Part shown: piece by piece, positions 47,908 to 51,935 of the stretch
Position numbering within the stretch: the stretch's first letter is position 1
Layout: the number at the start of each line of letters is the position of its first letter
DNA from: Deinococcales bacterium
GTDB taxonomy: Bacteria; Deinococcota; Deinococci; Deinococcales; JAAFIG01
Length of the DNA: 51,935 bases
Assembly: GCA_031414595.1 (NCBI GenBank)
Contig: JANNVX010000095.1
Coordinates: 1 to 51,935 of the forward strand
Reading direction: 5' to 3'
Notes under the pieces: generated by a model
Databases searched by the model: none
What the model was told of the DNA's origin: nothing
The model's input: the letters and a program-made list of their open reading frames with translations, nothing else
Position numbers and translations under genes: made by a program

Positions 47908-47964
47908 ATTTCGGCAATTCAAAATTCTTGTAGCTCGAGTTAAATGCTCGAGAAGGGGTGAATT

Positions 47965-48360
47965 ATGTCAACTTTTATCGCTTACTGTATGTACCTTGTC
48001 ATCAGCCTCAGTCTAACCATTTGGGTAGCAAAAACACTGCACCATAATGGCGAAATTTTCTTGGTGGATGCGTTTCATGGCAATCAGGAGATGGCAAAAG
48101 CAGTGAACCATTTGCTGATGGTGGGTTTTTACTTGGTCAATGTTGGTTTTGTGGCGCTGTTTATGCGTTACGGCGAAACCCCAGAAAATGCTGTGCAGAT
48201 TCTCGAGTACATCAGCACCAAAATCGGTGTGGTTTTACTGGCACTAGGCGGAATGCACTTTTTTAACATGTTCAATTTTGCCAACATGCGAAGTAAAGCC
48301 AAGAAAGAGAGCCGTATTCAGGCGGGACTGGCTGCTGAACGCATTGAGGTGAATTTATGA
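47965..48360 (+). CDS. Hypothetical membrane protein (3 TM)
   Basis: Hydrophobic 131-aa ORF in an operon with the TetR gene. Confidence 0.75.
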   Translation: MSTFIAYCMYLVISLSLTIWVAKTLHHNGEIFLVDAFHGNQEMAKAVNHLLMVGFYLVNVGFVALFMRYGETPENAVQILEYISTKIGVVLLALGGMHFFNMFNFANMRSKAKKESRIQAGLAAERIEVNL

Positions 48361-49295
48361 AAACCATCATTTTGGCAGGCGGTACAGGGCAAGTCGGTCA
48401 AATTCTAGCTCGAGAACTGGCGAGTCAATACAAAGTCATTATCCTCACAAGGGGACAACCACGCACTTTGGGCAATCTCGAGTACATCCATTGGGATGCT
48501 GCCAACCTTGGCGCTTGGGCAACAGCCATAGACGGTGCAGATGCCGTGATTAACCTTGCGGGGCGCACAGTCAATTGCCGTTACAACCAAAAAAATCGCC
48601 GTGAAATTCTCGAGTCTCGCACTTACAGCACTCGCGTGATTGGAGAAGCTATTGCCGCCGCCAAAAACCCTCCCAAGATTTGGCTACAAGCCGTGAGCGG
48701 CACAATTTATACCCATCGTTTCGATGCACCCAACGATGATATTTCTGGGCAGCTTGGCGGGACAGAGGCAATGCCCGACACTTGGCGTTTTTCGGTAGAT
48801 GTGGCGAAAGCATGGGAAGCGACACTCGAGGCTTCGCGTACCCCACAAACCCGCAAAGTTGCCCTGCGTAGCGCCATGGTGATGTCACCTGACCAAGGCG
48901 GGGTATTTTCGGTACTGCACAACTTGGTCAAACGTGGCTTAGGAGGCACAATGGGCGATGGGCGACAGTACATCTCGTGGATTCACGATACCGATTTTAT
49001 AGCCGCAATTCTATTTCTGCTCGAGCAACCCATAGCTGGTGCAGTTAATCTTTGCAGTCCTAACCCACTGCCCAACGCCGAATTTATGCGTTTATTTCGC
49101 TCAGCCAATGGAATTGGTTTTGGTTTGCCCAGCACCAACTGGATGCTCGAGCTAGGGGCTGTTTTTTTACAAACCGAAACCGAGTTGGTCTTAAAAAGCC
49201 GCTTTACTTATCCAAAGCGTCTGCTCGAGGCGGGATTTGTGTTCAAGTTCGCAACTTGGGAATCGGCGGTTCAAGACTTGGTAAAAAGAAGTTAA
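48357..49295 (+). CDS. TIGR01777/YfcH-like NAD-dependent epimerase-family protein
   Basis: GGTGQVG, DAVINLAG, GDGRQYISWIH, PKRLLEAGFVF. Confidence 0.88.
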   Translation: MKTIILAGGTGQVGQILARELASQYKVIILTRGQPRTLGNLEYIHWDAANLGAWATAIDGADAVINLAGRTVNCRYNQKNRREILESRTYSTRVIGEAIAAAKNPPKIWLQAVSGTIYTHRFDAPNDDISGQLGGTEAMPDTWRFSVDVAKAWEATLEASRTPQTRKVALRSAMVMSPDQGGVFSVLHNLVKRGLGGTMGDGRQYISWIHDTDFIAAILFLLEQPIAGAVNLCSPNPLPNAEFMRLFRSANGIGFGLPSTNWMLELGAVFLQTETELVLKSRFTYPKRLLEAGFVFKFATWESAVQDLVKRS

Positions 49296-49318
49296 AGAGA
49301 CTTGGCTACACAGCTTTG

Positions 49319-49464
49319 GCTTGAGCTACACTGATTTTGCCTTGGTGTGTTAAAGACTCGAGAACATGATGTTCAGGGTTTTGGTTTGAGCAGCCTAGCC
49401 TATTGGAGAGGGTAACTCGAGACGCAAAGGGGTTAGTGTAGCACCACAAAAGCCTAAGCTCGAG
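49319..49464. repeat. Diverged direct repeat, copy A (left of vapBC)
   Basis: Blocks ACACTGATTTT, GACTCGAGAACATG..GTTCAGGGT, GGTAACTCGAG and CAAAAGCCTAAGCTCGAG are shared with 50172-50338. Confidence 0.85.
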
Positions 49465-49549
49465 CAAAAAAAATTGTGATAGACGGCTTTATTGTGCAAT
49501 AGCATTGCTCACCTTACTACCGTTGTGCTAGACTATGCAGGGTGATGAA

Positions 49550-49798
49550 ATGCTGCAAACTTATAAAGCCAGATTATATGGGAATTCGCTCGAGTGGCTA
49601 TCTGAGCGTCCCGAAGTAACCGATGCAGAAGTTCACGTTACGGTTTTGGAGACCAAAAAGGTTTCGGATGGTACAGCGATGGCAGCAGCCTTACAGCAAT
49701 TTGCTGACCTCAAACAACCTAGCAGTTTCGGCGATGGGCTGACTTGGCAACAAGAAACCCGTCTTGACCGCGAATTGCCTGAGCGTGAGGCTTTGTGA
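49550..49798 (+). CDS. Putative VapB-type antitoxin
   Basis: Small ORF with GTGA overlap to a PIN toxin gene; C-terminal WQQETRLDRELP. Start could be 49535. Confidence 0.75.
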   Translation: MLQTYKARLYGNSLEWLSERPEVTDAEVHVTVLETKKVSDGTAMAAALQQFADLKQPSSFGDGLTWQQETRLDRELPEREAL

Positions 49799-50163
49799 TG
49801 TTGCTTGACAGCAATATCATCATTTACGCACTTCAAGCAGAATACGCCTTTTTGCGTGCCTTCATTGCCAAACACTCACCTGTTGTTTCGGCTGTGAGCA
49901 TGGTTGAAGTCTTGGGATACCACAAAATAACCCAAAGCGAAAAACAAGCCCTTGAGCAGTTCTTTGCTCATAGTATTGTTTTGCCAATCTCGAGTGCAGT
50001 TGTGCAAAAAGCCATTGAACTGCGCCAATTCCAAAAATTTTCCTTGGGGGATTCACTGATTGCTGCCACTGCTCTTATCTATCAAAAAGTGCTGGTGACA
50101 CGTAATACCTCCGATTTTGTACGAATTTCTGGACTGAATGTAGAGAATCCTTTTGAATCATAA
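49795..50163 (+). CDS. vapC: VapC PIN-domain toxin
   Basis: LLDSNIII, SMVEV, GDSLIAATAL, LVTRNTSDF. Confidence 0.92.
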   Translation: MMLLDSNIIIYALQAEYAFLRAFIAKHSPVVSAVSMVEVLGYHKITQSEKQALEQFFAHSIVLPISSAVVQKAIELRQFQKFSLGDSLIAATALIYQKVLVTRNTSDFVRISGLNVENPFES

Positions 50164-50171
50164 ATCAATAC

Positions 50172-50338
50172 GCTCGAGCCACACTGATTTTATCGAAGCG
50201 AATTAAGCTACAGCAGCACTGACTCGAGAACATGGCGTTCAGGGTCTGGGTGAAACAGCACTGCCAATTGAAGAAGGTAACTCGAGGTGCAGGTTCATAG
50301 GGTTAGTCTAGCACCTTTAGCAAAAGCCTAAGCTCGAG
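50172..50338. repeat. Diverged direct repeat, copy B (right of vapBC)
   Basis: Matches copy A at 49319-49464. Confidence 0.85.
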
Positions 50339-50366
50339 ATTAAAAATAACGTGTTTTCGAGCCAAA

Positions 50367-51062
50367 TTAGTCATAACTAAAACAACCATAGAACCAATCG
50401 TTTTCCAGTTTTTGGAAATAGGAGTATAAGGGCAACGACTTTTCAGAATAGTAAAGTCGGTTTGGTAGATTACCATTCACAGAGAATAAAAACCCACATT
50501 CGCTAAACAAAGTATTTGTTTGAAAGAAAATCCACTCCATTTTTGGTGAAGTCATGAGTGTTTCTCGATTTTTAACCCACCAAAAGCGGTTAGATATTTT
50601 TACTTTATCAAAATTCCACTGTAGAGTACGTTCTCTCTCTGTCAGCTTTTGTTTAGCTTTGACTTCAAGCAAATTTTGTAAACCTAAATTTGCCACAGCT
50701 TGCATTTGACTACGAAACAAGAAAAACTCTAGTCTGGTTCTTTGAGTTTCAAAAAACCAAACAATTACCGCGACAAAACACAGAATCAGAACATTAAGAA
50801 ATTCTTGAGCAAAAGATTTTTTGAAGAAATGAATACTACGAATAATAAAAATGATTATGGTGGTTAAAAAAATTCCATGAACGAAAAGTCCAGTGAAAAA
50901 CCAAAAGAGATTCTCTTGAATTTGAACCATAATAAGTAAGATTTGCAATCCAAGCTCAAGGTTTGCAGCAAACAAAACTGGGATGTAAGGTTTTATTCTC
51001 TCGAGCATCAAAAAAGCATAAATCACAGCCATGAGACTAAACTCATCAAAGACTCGAGACAT
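50367..51062 (-). CDS. Hypothetical AT-rich membrane protein
   Basis: 231-aa ORF with 3-4 N-terminal TM segments, visibly more AT-rich than its neighbours. Confidence 0.6.
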   Translation of the reverse strand: MSRVFDEFSLMAVIYAFLMLERIKPYIPVLFAANLELGLQILLIMVQIQENLFWFFTGLFVHGIFLTTIIIFIIRSIHFFKKSFAQEFLNVLILCFVAVIVWFFETQRTRLEFFLFRSQMQAVANLGLQNLLEVKAKQKLTERERTLQWNFDKVKISNRFWWVKNRETLMTSPKMEWIFFQTNTLFSECGFLFSVNGNLPNRLYYSEKSLPLYSYFQKLENDWFYGCFSYD

Positions 51063-51067
51063 AAAAA

Positions 51068-51139
51068 TGTGCCTCGAGAGTTAATCTCGAGGCACAATAA
51101 TTCAATAATCTAGGTTTATTCCTTGATGTTTGAGTGCAA
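51068..51139 (-). repeat. Direct repeat copy A of the 16S trailer/terminator
   Basis: Perfect hairpin TGTGCCTCGAGA-GTTAA-TCTCGAGGCACA plus a 34-nt block identical to 51728-51761. Confidence 0.9.
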
Positions 51140-51148
51140 CCGTCCGAG

Positions 51149-51421
51149 TCAGTTGTATACATTTTTCCTGTTTCCAATTCGGTCAATCATCAGAACCCGT
51201 TTCTCGAGCGTAAACACAACACGGTACTGACCAACCCGTAAGCGCAAATACCCCGCTAAATTCCCTTTGAGGTAGGCAATGTCGCCTTCTCCTGTATCGC
51301 GTAAACGCATTAAAGCCTCAAGCAGTGCTTGTTTGGTTGCTGCATCCAAACCCAAGAATTGCTGTTCAGCAGCCTTAGACAATTCCACCGTAAAAGGCGG
51401 ATTTGGTAGGCGGGCGCTCAT
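51149..51421 (-). CDS. RelE/ParE-family toxin
   Basis: VELSKAAEQQF, GDIAYLKG, RLRVGQYRVVF, IGNRKNVY. Confidence 0.9.
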   Translation of the reverse strand: MSARLPNPPFTVELSKAAEQQFLGLDAATKQALLEALMRLRDTGEGDIAYLKGNLAGYLRLRVGQYRVVFTLEKRVLMIDRIGNRKNVYN

Positions 51422-51648
51422 GCTTTTGGCAACAGCGTATTAAGTGGAATTGTGGCTTGACCAGCTAAACGGGCTGCTTGGCTTTGTAGTACCTCAGATT
51501 CCTCGAGCGGGTCGTGTGGTTCAGTATCAGCTTGAATACCCAAACGCTCAAAAGCAGTTCGCAGTGCATCGGCTTGACTGACATTAAAAACAGTTCGGTA
51601 TGCCTCGAGTAAATCGTAGACATCATCTGGTATCTCGAGGGTTTTCAT
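51418..51648 (-). CDS. Antitoxin (ribbon-helix-helix-like)
   Basis: MKTLEIPDDVYDLL...SQADALR. TATACT lies 6 nt before ATG; ATGA overlap with the toxin gene. Confidence 0.8.
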   Translation of the reverse strand: MKTLEIPDDVYDLLEAYRTVFNVSQADALRTAFERLGIQADTEPHDPLEESEVLQSQAARLAGQATIPLNTLLPKA

Positions 51649-51678
51649 GGCGCAAGTATACTCGATTTTTGCAGATAC

Positions 51679-51761
51679 AAAAAAGCGCCTCAAGATTAAC
51701 TCTCGAGGCACAATAATTCAAACAATATAATCTAGGTTTATTCCTTGATGTTTGAGTGCAA
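51679..51761 (-). terminator. 16S trailer and terminator (direct repeat copy B)
   Basis: Hairpin GCCTCAAGA-TTAAC-TCTCGAGGC with a T run on the minus strand, ~100 nt after the 16S 3' end. Confidence 0.75.
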
Positions 51762-51810
51762 TAAGCAGTTACCTCGAGCATTAAATCTCGAGCCAACTTT
51801 GAGAACTCCT

Positions 51811-51935
<125 letters not shown>

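Noticed and set aside
49319-50338. Integron attC sites or a CRISPR array around vapBC
   Set aside because: There are only two long diverged copies, with no RYYYAAC...GTTRRRY ends, no regular repeat-spacer period, and no integrase or cas genes in the window.
51649-51711. N-terminal extension of the antitoxin ORF
   Set aside because: It runs through the terminator hairpin. TATACT-N6-ATG supports a start at 51648.

Overview
A mostly ordinary chromosomal segment from a bacterium that is probably Deinococcota. This assignment is inferred from DUF5693/DUF2089-like genes, many leaderless genes with a -10 box 6-9 nt before the start codon, and a 16S gene with no 23S or tRNA behind it. Housekeeping genes include ftsH (5'-truncated), trmH, dnaJ, argJ, pheA, ilvA, mce, cdsA and a small heat-shock gene. 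The window also carries an iron/cobalamin-type ABC importer split by a HigBA toxin-antitoxin (TA) module, Opp/Dpp permeases, a GAF-PAS-GGDEF cyclase and an ECF sigma/anti-sigma pair. A ~17 kb beta-mannan/glucan utilisation locus contains GH2, CE7, LacI, an ABC importer, GH5, GH1, a TIM-barrel protein and a Gfo/Idh/MocA oxidoreductase. There are four type II TA modules, and the window ends in the 3' end of a 16S rRNA gene. The most unusual items are: (1) one ~1070-aa ORF fusing two sugar ABC permeases to an acyltransferase-3 domain, coupled to an acetyl esterase gene; (2) extreme over-representation of the palindrome CTCGAG; (3) two TA modules bracketed by CTCGAG-containing direct repeats, one of which duplicates the 16S trailer/terminator; (4) a 200-bp MITE with 14-bp terminal inverted repeats (TIRs), a 9-bp target duplication and internal GTAG-type REPs; (5) a DUF4258-like gene that probably starts at AUA, behind a micro-ORF and terminator. 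Family names come from motif recognition by eye, not from database searches.
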